From positions 62,001 through 126,000 of the IMG/VR virus record IMGVR_UViG_3300013094_000017: 64,000 bases of DNA; one strand, 5' to 3'. The notes under the pieces are model-generated. The model did no database searches. It was not told the origin of the DNA and worked only from the letters and a program-made list of their open reading frames with translations. Made by a program: the position numbers and the translations under genes. Positions within the stretch are counted from its first letter, which is position 1, and each line of letters opens with the position of its first letter. Below are positions 9,039 through 18,067 of this stretch, one piece after another.

Positions 9039-9873
9039 AATTAAAGTAGCAGAGCTGTTTTACAGCATACAGGGCGAAGGTCGCTATATGGGAGTACCTA
9101 GCGTGTTCCTTAGAACTTTTGGCTGCAATTTTTCTTGTAGGGGCTTCGGTATGGGTAAAGGGCAATTGAGTGAAGAATACTTAACTGTTAATCCAGAACT
9201 ATACACAAAATATGATGAACTTCCACTAGTTAGTACAGGGTGCGATAGTTATGCTAGTTGGGATCCACGCTTTAAGCATTTAAGTCCAATGTTAGAGTCA
9301 GATGCTATTGCAGAAGCAATTGCAGATATGTTGCCTTATAAAGATTGGAATGACGAACATTTAGTTATCACAGGCGGCGAGCCTTTGCTAGGATGGCAAC
9401 GTGCTTATCCAGATCTATTAGATCATCCCAAAATGAAGAATCTAAAAGAGATCACATTTGAAACAAATGGTACTCAAGAATTATCACCAGAACTTAGAAC
9501 ATATCTACTCAATTGGCAAAGTGAAAACTTTGATAGAGAAGTAACTTTTAGTGTAAGTGCTAAATTAAGTGCAAGTGGTGAACATCCAGACGAAGCAATT
9601 AAACCTGAGATTGTGTGTTCGTATGAAGAAGCAGGTTATACATATCTTAAGTTTGTTATTGCAACAGAAGAAGATGCAGAAGAAGCATTAGAAGCCGCAG
9701 ATATCTATCAACAAAATGGGTTTACTGGTCCAATTTATCTAATGCCAGTCGGCGGGGTTGAAAGCGTTTATGCATTAAACAACCGTCGTGTAGCAGAATT
9801 AGCAATGAAACACGGCTTGCGATATAGTGATAGGCTGCAAGTTCCGTTATTTAAAAATGAATGGGGTACATAA
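9031..9873 (+). CDS. queE: 7-carboxy-7-deazaguanine synthase (radical SAM)
   Basis: ELFYSIQGEG, FLRTFGCNFSC...CDS, ITGGEP, FETNG, RLQ. Confidence 0.92.
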   Translation: MSKIKVAELFYSIQGEGRYMGVPSVFLRTFGCNFSCRGFGMGKGQLSEEYLTVNPELYTKYDELPLVSTGCDSYASWDPRFKHLSPMLESDAIAEAIADMLPYKDWNDEHLVITGGEPLLGWQRAYPDLLDHPKMKNLKEITFETNGTQELSPELRTYLLNWQSENFDREVTFSVSAKLSASGEHPDEAIKPEIVCSYEEAGYTYLKFVIATEEDAEEALEAADIYQQNGFTGPIYLMPVGGVESVYALNNRRVAELAMKHGLRYSDRLQVPLFKNEWGT

Positions 9874-10968
9874 TTGAGTTATCTATTTACATCAGAATCT
9901 GTTAGTGAAGGACATCCGGATAAAGTAGCAGATGCTATTAGTGATGCTATTTTAGACCTAGTTATGGTACACGAAGATCCAAGTATGCGGGTTGCTTGCG
10001 AAACTTTAGTTACTACTAATCGTGTTGTACTTGCAGGAGAGTATAAAAATGTTGCCCTACACAATGCGCAGATCGATAGTGCTGTAAGAAAAGTTATCAA
10101 AAATATTGGCTACGAACAAGAAGGATTTGATTGGCGTACAGTTGAGATCACTAACTTATTACATGCACAAAGCGCAGACATTGCACTCGGTACTGATAAC
10201 TTCGGAGCAGGCGATCAAGGACTGATGTTTGGGCACGCTACTAAAGAAACTCCGAACTATATGCCTGCGGCGATTTATTACAGCCATAAGATTATGGAAT
10301 ATTTGACAACAATGCGTAAAGGTGGGCAAACTTGGTTAGGTCCAGATGCTAAAGCACAGGTAACATTAAATTACATTGGTAATAAAGCTCGTTATGCTAC
10401 TAAGATTGTATGTTCAACTCAGCATAGTCAAGGTGTAGAAGTTGAAGAGCTACGTCCTGTAATTGAAACTTATATTAGAGAGTGTGTTCCGGAGATTATC
10501 ACAGATGCTACCGAATTTCTTATCAATCCTACTGGTCGTTTTGTCATTGGTGGGCCCGACGGTGATACTGGCCTCACCGGACGAAAAATTATCGTGGATA
10601 CCTACGGTGGCAGTTGTCCTCATGGTGGCGGTGCTTTTAGCGGCAAAGATCCTACAAAAGTTGATCGTAGTGCCGCTTATATGGCTAGGTACTTGGCTAA
10701 GAACATTGTAGCCAGCGGTCGCGCAAATGTAGCAACTGTTCAATTAAGCTATGCTATTGGTGTTGCTGATCCAATGAGTGTGTACATTGACTGCGATGGA
10801 AATTGCGAAGGCATTAGAGATTGGATAATTAAACATGTTGATCTAACTCCAAAGGGTATTATAGATAGATTTAATATGTTTCGTCCTATCTATAGTCAAA
10901 CTACTAACTACGGACACTTTGGCAAAGATTTTTTGCCTTGGGAAGCTGTAGATTTATTTAAGGTGTAA
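9874..10968 (+). CDS. metK: S-adenosylmethionine synthetase
   Basis: FTSESVSEGHPDK, GAGDQG, GGGAFSGKDPTKVDRS; TTG start directly after the queE stop. Confidence 0.97.
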   Translation: MSYLFTSESVSEGHPDKVADAISDAILDLVMVHEDPSMRVACETLVTTNRVVLAGEYKNVALHNAQIDSAVRKVIKNIGYEQEGFDWRTVEITNLLHAQSADIALGTDNFGAGDQGLMFGHATKETPNYMPAAIYYSHKIMEYLTTMRKGGQTWLGPDAKAQVTLNYIGNKARYATKIVCSTQHSQGVEVEELRPVIETYIRECVPEIITDATEFLINPTGRFVIGGPDGDTGLTGRKIIVDTYGGSCPHGGGAFSGKDPTKVDRSAAYMARYLAKNIVASGRANVATVQLSYAIGVADPMSVYIDCDGNCEGIRDWIIKHVDLTPKGIIDRFNMFRPIYSQTTNYGHFGKDFLPWEAVDLFKV

Positions 10969-10969
10969 T

Positions 10970-11458
10970 ATGAATATTATTCAAACATTATTTGAAAAAG
11001 TTACGGGCATTGATAAGATACGTGCTAAAGCGGCTGCAGAAGCAGAAGCGGCTATTCAATTAGCCCTAGAAGCACAAGCTGAGGCAAAAGCATCTTCATT
11101 AGCAGCAGAAGAAGCAAAGGCAGAAGAAGTCGCAGCAAAAGAAGCAGAGCGTATTGCTAAATTAACGCCAAAAGAACTTGCTACAGAAAAGAAAGAGCCT
11201 TACATTGCAGTATTAGATACCAAAGTAAATCCAGAGAATCCTCGTAATGGATTTTTTGAGCTTGATTGGAATGAATATTTTATCATGCAATTGAAAGAAG
11301 CAGGCTATTATGGTGAAACAGATGAAGAACTAGCAGATCGTTGGTTCCAAGATTTGTGTCGCAATATTGGTGCAGAATCAGGTGTAGATATGGATCGTAG
11401 AGGTGCAGGATACATTAATGTAAATGATTTAGGTAATGGTAAGTCAGAGATTAGTTAA
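10970..11458 (+). CDS. hypothetical protein with Ala/Glu-rich coiled coil
   Basis: 162 aa; C-terminal NGFFELDWN domain. Confidence 0.75.
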   Translation: MNIIQTLFEKVTGIDKIRAKAAAEAEAAIQLALEAQAEAKASSLAAEEAKAEEVAAKEAERIAKLTPKELATEKKEPYIAVLDTKVNPENPRNGFFELDWNEYFIMQLKEAGYYGETDEELADRWFQDLCRNIGAESGVDMDRRGAGYINVNDLGNGKSEIS

Positions 11459-12117
11459 TGTCAAGATTAACAGAGTGGCTCTACGGTATTCAACAACTAG
11501 GTTTACAAATTGATACAGTATATGATATTGGTGCCTGCGTAGGCAACTGGAGCCGCGAGATACAAGATAAAGTTTGCCCCAATGCAGACTTTATCCTGTT
11601 TGAAGCTAACCCTGCATATAATGAAATTTTATCTAATAGCAAATTCCGCTATTTCAATACAGTCCTAAGCAATCCCGGTAGAGAGTTTGTCGAATTCTAC
11701 AATGGAACAAACACCGGCGATAGTTACTATAAAGAAAATACCACAACATACGACAATCAAACAACTGTTAGATTGCTCTGCTCCACACTTGATGCTATAA
11801 TAAATGAATACAACCTGCCAATTCCTAATCTTATTAAACTTGATACACAAGGTTCTGAATTAGATATTTTAGCAGGGGCTGAATCTATTGTAGATAAAGT
11901 AGATTTAATGTATGTAGAATGTCCAATTATAAACTATAATATTGGAGCACCTAGCATACAAGATTATTTAGATTACTTTAAGAACAAAGAGTTTGTGCCA
12001 GTTGATTTACTTGAAACGCATCAAAACGAGAATATACTATTACAAGTTGATATTATGTTTATGAAAAGAGAAACCAAAGAAAGGATCTTAACTCCAACCC
12101 GTCAGGTAAGGATTTAA
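11458..12117 (+). CDS. FkbM-family SAM-dependent methyltransferase
   Basis: YDIGACVG, FEAN, TLD, IKLDTQGSELDILAG. Confidence 0.88.
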   Translation: MSRLTEWLYGIQQLGLQIDTVYDIGACVGNWSREIQDKVCPNADFILFEANPAYNEILSNSKFRYFNTVLSNPGREFVEFYNGTNTGDSYYKENTTTYDNQTTVRLLCSTLDAIINEYNLPIPNLIKLDTQGSELDILAGAESIVDKVDLMYVECPIINYNIGAPSIQDYLDYFKNKEFVPVDLLETHQNENILLQVDIMFMKRETKERILTPTRQVRI

Positions 12118-12123
12118 TACAAT

Positions 12124-13110
12124 ATGACATTCATTTTAGTAGACACAGCAAATACATTCTTTCGAGCAAGACATGTAGTACGTGGAGACAATAGCGAAAA
12201 GGTAGGAATGAGTTTACAGATTATTTTAAACTCAGTACGCAAAGCATGGAAAGACTTTAACGGCACTCATGTTATTTTCTTCCTAGAAGGCCGCAGTTGG
12301 CGCAAGGATCATTATCCTCCCTACAAAAGACAACGTACAGAAGCTCGCGCAGCTCAAAGTCCAAGTGAACAAGAAGAAGATCGTATCTTTTGGGAAACGT
12401 TTGATGAATTTAAAGCATTTGTTACAGAAAAAACTAACTGTACAGTATTACAGCATGAACAGCTTGAAGCAGATGATTTAATTGCAGGGTGGATTCAAAG
12501 CCACCCTAATGACAATCATGTTATTATTAGTACAGACGGTGACTTTGCTCAATTGATTGCACCTAATGTTCGTCAATATAACGGTGTTGCTGGTGTTACT
12601 ATCACTCACGAAGGGTACTTTGACGACAAAGGCAAACCAGTAATTGATAAGAAAACTAAACTAGCCAAAGAGATTCCAAATCCAGAATGGTTGTTATTTG
12701 AAAAATGCATGCGTGGTGATACTAGCGATAATATCTTTAGTGCATATCCAGGTGTGCGCACAAAAGGTACTAAGAACAAAGTAGGGTTAATAGAAGCATT
12801 TGCAGACCGAGATAGTAAAGGTTGGGCGTGGAACAATTTAATGTTACAACGTTGGGTTGATCACGAAGGTGTAGAACATCGAGTGTTAGACGATTATCAA
12901 CGTAATCAACTATTATGTGATCTAACAGCACAGCCCAAAGAGATTAGAAAATTAATCAAAGAAACAATCGAAACTGGCATAACTGCTGACAAAAATGTCA
13001 GCCAAGTAGGTATTAGATTATTAAAGTTCTGCGCAAGTTATGATCTTGTTAAAGTATCAGAACAAGCGCAAAGCTATGCAGCCCCATTAAATGCGAGATA
13101 TACACAATGA
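12124..13110 (+). CDS. rnh: T4 RNase H-like 5'-3' exonuclease (FEN family)
   Basis: ILVD, SWRK...YK, EADDLIA, ISTDGDFAQL, GDTSDNI. Confidence 0.92.
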   Translation: MTFILVDTANTFFRARHVVRGDNSEKVGMSLQIILNSVRKAWKDFNGTHVIFFLEGRSWRKDHYPPYKRQRTEARAAQSPSEQEEDRIFWETFDEFKAFVTEKTNCTVLQHEQLEADDLIAGWIQSHPNDNHVIISTDGDFAQLIAPNVRQYNGVAGVTITHEGYFDDKGKPVIDKKTKLAKEIPNPEWLLFEKCMRGDTSDNIFSAYPGVRTKGTKNKVGLIEAFADRDSKGWAWNNLMLQRWVDHEGVEHRVLDDYQRNQLLCDLTAQPKEIRKLIKETIETGITADKNVSQVGIRLLKFCASYDLVKVSEQAQSYAAPLNARYTQ

Positions 13111-13586
13111 ATACAACAGCAAAAGTGCTAGTTCCAAATAAAGTTTGGATATTAGAAAATCGTGGTGTTAAGCTAGGTACTTTGAACAAAGAAAAGAAAG
13201 GTTATGCTTTCTTTAGACAGGGTATGAAAGTAGAATTAACTGATATAAATGAGGTTAAAGCTCGATTTGGCGAAGAGTTATTTAAAGACAGCATCAATAG
13301 TCTTAAACCTAGCAAACCCGCTGATCCAAAATCAATATACGATTTTCCGTGTAGTAGCAAACCATTTAATCCTGTATACAATGTAAAGAATAGATTACCT
13401 ATCTATGCCAAAAGTAGCAAAAGCAAGAGCTTGTACTGTGCGGGATATTATGTTATTCAGTTTCGTAAAGGATGGGTTAAATCATTCTGCCCAAAATTGA
13501 TCACATTAGAACGCTATCCATACCAAGGTCCTTTCAAAACTGAACAAGAAATGAAGACCGTACTTAACCAGGTGAACAAACTATGA
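13107..13586 (+). CDS. hypothetical protein
   Basis: 159-aa ORF with ATGA overlaps. Confidence 0.75.
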   Translation: MNTTAKVLVPNKVWILENRGVKLGTLNKEKKGYAFFRQGMKVELTDINEVKARFGEELFKDSINSLKPSKPADPKSIYDFPCSSKPFNPVYNVKNRLPIYAKSSKSKSLYCAGYYVIQFRKGWVKSFCPKLITLERYPYQGPFKTEQEMKTVLNQVNKL

Positions 13587-13810
13587 AACAATTAAACACA
13601 TTGCCCATCGAACAATTCCTAGACAAAGCTAAGATTGCCATTAAGAGCAATCAAAAGCACCTTACTCTGGATATCAAAGAAGTACAAGCATTAAATGACA
13701 GTCTTGCTGTAGCAATGACCCGCATTGCTGGTCAACTTGATGCTCAGCTACAGGCCGCTAGCACATTACCTGACACAATTTCTGTCAATGTAGACGGTGG
13801 GGGATTTTGA
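13583..13810 (+). CDS. hypothetical protein
   Basis: 75-aa ORF ending VDGGGF. Confidence 0.7.
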   Translation: MKQLNTLPIEQFLDKAKIAIKSNQKHLTLDIKEVQALNDSLAVAMTRIAGQLDAQLQAASTLPDTISVNVDGGGF

Positions 13811-13863
13811 GTTATATGCTGCTAAATACACGAGCACTATCGTTAAGTGCTACGGAGTCGTTT

Positions 13864-14148
13864 GTGAGCAGGCCAAAACCCAATATATTGTTAGAAATAA
13901 CAAACAAAAAGACTTATAAAACTGAACAGGTTTTAGAAGCTGATGCCATTTGGGCTGTTTTCTATAAAGGTAAACCAGTTAATTTGAAAACTAGTTCAAT
14001 TGTAGCACAGCAACTAGGTCCTAAATATAAGAAAGTATCATTTAGCAACAGCGGGCATGCACTTAATCTTGCAGAAAAATTAAACAAATTGTATAACTGT
14101 AATGATTTTGCTGTGTATAAACTAACTACCGGTGAACAATTATCCTAA
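13864..14148 (+). CDS. hypothetical protein
   Basis: Likely GTG start (MSRPKP...) after GGAG; late-like GCTAAATA at 13821-13828 and a short AGCACT/AGTGCT hairpin upstream. Confidence 0.7.
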   Translation: MSRPKPNILLEITNKKTYKTEQVLEADAIWAVFYKGKPVNLKTSSIVAQQLGPKYKKVSFSNSGHALNLAEKLNKLYNCNDFAVYKLTTGEQLS

Positions 14149-14538
14149 ATGGATACCAAAACTCTTCTAACTAAACAATTCCTTAAAGAATTAGGCTGGC
14201 CAGGCGAACCAATTGATGTAGAAAAAGCGTTACATACCTGGTGGCGTAATCCAAGATTAGGTGAAAGAAGTTTTGGATTAACACCTATAGGGTTTGAATT
14301 ATTATCAGAAAGCATTAAGCTCAAATTCTATAAAATAGATATCCCAGATAACACCAGTATCACTAATCAAATAACTATTTGGATGGACAAATACATCGAT
14401 TGTCCGTATTATCTAGACAAAAAATCCATTTATGTAAGCCGAGAAAAGGTTGCTGTACAACTGATCTTATTCAGCGGCGACTTATATAAGTTTGGAAAAT
14501 CTAAAGAAATATCTCGAAAAAGCGCAGAATCAGCTTGA
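14149..14538 (+). CDS. hypothetical protein
   Basis: 129-aa ORF. Confidence 0.7.
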   Translation: MDTKTLLTKQFLKELGWPGEPIDVEKALHTWWRNPRLGERSFGLTPIGFELLSESIKLKFYKIDIPDNTSITNQITIWMDKYIDCPYYLDKKSIYVSREKVAVQLILFSGDLYKFGKSKEISRKSAESA

Positions 14539-14563
14539 CATAGACCCCGTTTTGTCATATAAT
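14535..14563 (+). promoter_or_regulatory. consensus sigma70 promoter
   Basis: TTGACA-17 nt-TATAAT. Confidence 0.85.
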
Positions 14564-14612
14564 ATGTTTGTAGGTTACACATACACACTTAATTATGCAG
14601 AAAGGTTAGAAA

Positions 14613-15695
14613 ATGGCAGAGAAGATTTCAGCAAATCGTACAGTTAGCCCCAATGAAGCAAAGAAGAGCATTCGCAAATGCGTTAAGGTTAAACGTCCAG
14701 TATTCTTGTGGGGTGCTCCAGGTATTGGTAAATCAGATATCGTTAAACAAATCGGCGATGAACAAAATCGCGAAGTAGTTGACGTTCGTTTATCACTTTG
14801 GGAACCAACTGACATCAAAGGTATTCCGTATTACAACAGCGACATGGGTACAATGACTTGGGCTCCTCCAAGCGAATTACCTACTGATGCAGATAGCACA
14901 GCTATCTTGTTCTTAGATGAATTAAATTCAGCAGCACCTGCAACACAGGCTGCGGCTTACCAATTGATTCTTAACCGTCGTGTTGGTACTTATAAGTTAC
15001 CAGATGGTGTTTCAATTGTAGCGGCAGGTAACCGTGAAACAGATAAAGGTGTTACATATCGCATGCCAGCACCGTTGGCTAATCGTTTCTTGCACTTAGA
15101 ACTACGTACAGACTACGAAGATTGGTTAGGTTGGGCACTTGACAATAAAGTGCATGAACAAGTTGTTGGTTATTTGGGCTTTGCAAAACAAGACTTATAC
15201 GACTTTGATCCACGCAGTTCAAGTCGTGCTTTTGCTACACCACGTTCATGGTCATTTGTAAGTGAGTTGTTAAAAGATGACGACTTAGATGACGGTACAT
15301 TAACAGACTTAGTAGCAGGTGCAGTCGGTGAAGGTCTAGCAGTTAAGTTTATGGCACACCGCAAGGTAGCTAAACAAATGCCAAACCCAACAGACATTCT
15401 AATGGGTAAAGTAGGTAAGACTTCTATCAAAGAAGTATCAGCTATGTACTCATTGAGCATTTCAATGTGTTATGAATTACAAGAAGCTGATAAGAAACGT
15501 GCTGCCAACTGGAACGAAATGGCAGATAATTTCTTCCGCTTTATGATGGATAACTTCCCAACAGAGTTAACTGTTATGGGTGCTAAGATTGCACTTACTA
15601 ACTATAACTTACCGTTTGATGCAAGCAAGTTGAAAAACTTCGACGAATTCCACGATAAGTTTGGTAAGTACATTATCCAAGCAATGGAAGGGTAA
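14613..15695 (+). CDS. MoxR-like AAA+ ATPase
   Basis: Walker A GAPGIGKS, Walker B LFLDE, AAGN, LANRF, ATPRSW. Confidence 0.9.
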   Translation: MAEKISANRTVSPNEAKKSIRKCVKVKRPVFLWGAPGIGKSDIVKQIGDEQNREVVDVRLSLWEPTDIKGIPYYNSDMGTMTWAPPSELPTDADSTAILFLDELNSAAPATQAAAYQLILNRRVGTYKLPDGVSIVAAGNRETDKGVTYRMPAPLANRFLHLELRTDYEDWLGWALDNKVHEQVVGYLGFAKQDLYDFDPRSSSRAFATPRSWSFVSELLKDDDLDDGTLTDLVAGAVGEGLAVKFMAHRKVAKQMPNPTDILMGKVGKTSIKEVSAMYSLSISMCYELQEADKKRAANWNEMADNFFRFMMDNFPTELTVMGAKIALTNYNLPFDASKLKNFDEFHDKFGKYIIQAMEG

Positions 15696-15705
15696 TAAAG
15701 CAAAT

Positions 15706-15729
15706 AAAAGGCCCTACGGGGCCTTTTTT
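15706..15729 (+). terminator. intrinsic terminator
   Basis: AAAAGGCCC-TACG-GGGCCTTTTTT, with a C(UACG)G tetraloop and a U-tract. Confidence 0.9.
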
Positions 15730-15732
15730 CAC

Positions 15733-15761
15733 TTGTGTTATGGTAAAGAAGAGTGTATAAT
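15733..15761 (+). promoter_or_regulatory. sigma70-type promoter
   Basis: TTGTGT-17 nt-TATAAT immediately after the terminator. Confidence 0.65.
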
Positions 15762-15789
15762 ATATACATATTAAACAGAAAGGTATATT

Positions 15790-17043
15790 ATGTCAGTAAT
15801 GAAAGCAGAAAAAGTTAAGAAGCCAACAAAGACACGTGAGTATTCACCTGCTGAAAAGAACAAGATTATTGAAAAACTTGTAACTGCTCGGGTTGGGTTG
15901 CTATTACGACATCCTTTCTTTGGCAATATGGCTACACGTATGCAATTAATTGATGCAAGTGATTGGTGTAGTACACTTGCTACAGATGGTCGCAACTTCT
16001 ATTATAACAACGACTTTGTCAGCAAATTAAAGCCTAAAGAAGCAGAGTTCGGATTTGCACACGAAGTATTACATAACGTGTTTGACCATATGGGTCGTAA
16101 AGGTGACCGTGATCATCAATTGTCAAACATTGCCGCAGACTATGCTGTAAATCAAATTCTTAAAGATGAACGCATCGGTGAAGTTCCTAACTGGATCAAA
16201 ATTTTCCAAGACAATAAGTATCGTGGTATGAGCTACGAACAAATTTATGACGACTTGTATCAAAATGCCGAAAAGATCGACATTAGTTCGTTAGGCGAGA
16301 TGTTAGACGAGCATTTAGATGACGGCGAAGGTGAAGACGGTCAAGGCAACGGCGGCGACCAAGAAGGTAAGAGCGGTCGTCCTAAACTAACAGCAGAAGA
16401 AAAGAAAGCTATCCGCGATGAAATCAAAGAAGCTATGGTAGCGGCTGCTCAAAGTGCAGGTGCTGGTAAATTGCCAGCAGGTATCCGCAGATTAATTACA
16501 GACTTTACAGAACCGCAAATGGACTGGCGTGAATTGTTACGTATGAATATCCAAAGCATTATGAAAAGTAACTTTAGTTTTAGTCGTCCAAATCGTAAGA
16601 GCCAACATTCAGGTGCTGTATTACCAGGCATGACTAACGAAGAAACTATTGATGTAAGCGTAGCAATTGATATGTCAGGTAGTATCAGCGATAAGATGGC
16701 TAAAGACTTCTTAAGCGAAGTTAAAGGCATCATGGATGAATACGTTGACTTTAAATTAGACTTATGGTGTTTTGATACACAAGTTTACAACTATGCTAAA
16801 TTCTCAGGCGATACTGCTGACGAAATTATGTCATACGAAGTTAAAGGTGGTGGTGGTACAGACTTCGATGCAAACTACGAGTTTATGAAAGAAAACGAAA
16901 TTGAGCCAAAACGCTTTATTATGTTTACTGATGGATATCCGGCCGGATCTTGGGGGGACGAAAACTATTGCGAATCACTATTTGTTATTCACGGTAATGA
17001 TTCAATTATTCCACCGTTTGGGCAGGTTGCGTATTATAAGTGA
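15790..17043 (+). CDS. metallopeptidase + VWA domain protein (DUF2201-like), AAA+ partner
   Basis: ATDG, HEVLH (HExxH), MIDAS DMSGS, GGGGTDF, FTDG. Confidence 0.9.
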   Translation: MSVMKAEKVKKPTKTREYSPAEKNKIIEKLVTARVGLLLRHPFFGNMATRMQLIDASDWCSTLATDGRNFYYNNDFVSKLKPKEAEFGFAHEVLHNVFDHMGRKGDRDHQLSNIAADYAVNQILKDERIGEVPNWIKIFQDNKYRGMSYEQIYDDLYQNAEKIDISSLGEMLDEHLDDGEGEDGQGNGGDQEGKSGRPKLTAEEKKAIRDEIKEAMVAAAQSAGAGKLPAGIRRLITDFTEPQMDWRELLRMNIQSIMKSNFSFSRPNRKSQHSGAVLPGMTNEETIDVSVAIDMSGSISDKMAKDFLSEVKGIMDEYVDFKLDLWCFDTQVYNYAKFSGDTADEIMSYEVKGGGGTDFDANYEFMKENEIEPKRFIMFTDGYPAGSWGDENYCESLFVIHGNDSIIPPFGQVAYYK

Positions 17044-17632
17044 TTCCTAAACTGAAATCTTCATACAATTGTTCTTTGGACTTGTGAGAAGTTTTGCTTT
17101 TAGCATAGTTTTCTGTACAATGTACAAGACGAAGGTTAGTAATATCCGAGACAATATTAGCAGGTATAGAGTTTCGAAATCCGTCTGCTACACTATAGAT
17201 ATGATCAATATGCCATTCTCTACCTCGTAATCCTTGCGGATCTAACATACCTTTATGTCGATTGTACATTGTATCGGCATATTGATGACACCGATCTATA
17301 TACTGTTTTAGAGTTAATCCCTCAACAGAATAATCTTTGTGGTTATGATATTCATTCCAGTATTCTTTTTTGTTAGCTTTGATTTTAGCACGGGCTTCGG
17401 GTATATGAGCAGCATTAGATACTCCGTAACGTTCTTCCATAACTTGTTGACGTTTTTCTTTAATAGTAGGACTAGAACTAGCATTAGGTACCCCATATCG
17501 TTTAATAGAAGTTGCTTGCATCTTAGCCTGAACCGCCGGGCATCGTGCAGGAATTTTAGAGCATTTATGTTTTCCATTCCAGGTAATATAAGTAGCTTCT
17601 TGGCCGCAGTTATTTTCGCATAGTATTTTCAT
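17006..17632 (-). CDS. free-standing HNH-type homing endonuclease with RYGV repeats
   Basis: N-terminal Cys cluster, KRYGVPN/ERYGVSN repeats, HIDHIYS...NLRLV...N; same C-terminal domain type as 1674-2501. Confidence 0.8.
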   Translation of the reverse strand: MKILCENNCGQEATYITWNGKHKCSKIPARCPAVQAKMQATSIKRYGVPNASSSPTIKEKRQQVMEERYGVSNAAHIPEARAKIKANKKEYWNEYHNHKDYSVEGLTLKQYIDRCHQYADTMYNRHKGMLDPQGLRGREWHIDHIYSVADGFRNSIPANIVSDITNLRLVHCTENYAKSKTSHKSKEQLYEDFSLGITYNTQPAQTVE

Positions 17633-17637
17633 AAATG

Positions 17638-17645
17638 TATTTATA
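17638..17645 (-). promoter_or_regulatory. T4-type late promoter
   Basis: TATAAATA 5 nt upstream of the HNH ATG. Confidence 0.65.
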
Positions 17646-17707
17646 TAAAGTAGCCGTCAGTAAACAAAATATAGTATCAACTAATTAATTCATCACTTCA
17701 TAAATGG

Positions 17708-17755
17708 TTGACAATTATCAAAATATGTATTACACTAATTACTAATATATAAATA
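17708..17755 (+). promoter_or_regulatory. sigma70-type promoter followed by a late promoter
   Basis: TTGACA-17 nt-TACACT (17708-17736) and TATAAATA (17748-17755). Confidence 0.65.
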
Positions 17756-17768
17756 AAGTAGGTATTTA

Positions 17769-18050
17769 ATGTCTCTAGCCAAGGAAATAATAAATCCATT
17801 GAACGTATTAGGGCAACGCAGGTTGAACTATATACCATCTCACTTTAGTACAATGTGTATTAGTAATACTCGTATTTTTGCAGAGATCGATCAATGGATT
17901 TATCATAACCTAGATAGTAGATATTGTGTTCGGGTTAAGCAAGGGCTCGATGCACAAAGAAGAATAGTAGACGTGATTGAGATCGGAATAGAAGATCATA
18001 AAGAATTAACTATGTTCAGTTTAGCATGTCCACTCTTGCACAAAAAATAA
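17769..18050 (+). CDS. hypothetical protein
   Basis: 93-aa ORF. Confidence 0.7.
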   Translation: MSLAKEIINPLNVLGQRRLNYIPSHFSTMCISNTRIFAEIDQWIYHNLDSRYCVRVKQGLDAQRRIVDVIEIGIEDHKELTMFSLACPLLHKK

Positions 18051-18067
18051 TTAGGAGAACCAGAAAA

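Noticed and set aside
17748-17756. TAT AAA TAA as a stranded YK* end of the VWA gene, analogous to folE
   Set aside because: Only three codons in AT-rich DNA, and equally explained as a late promoter; not supportable without relatives.
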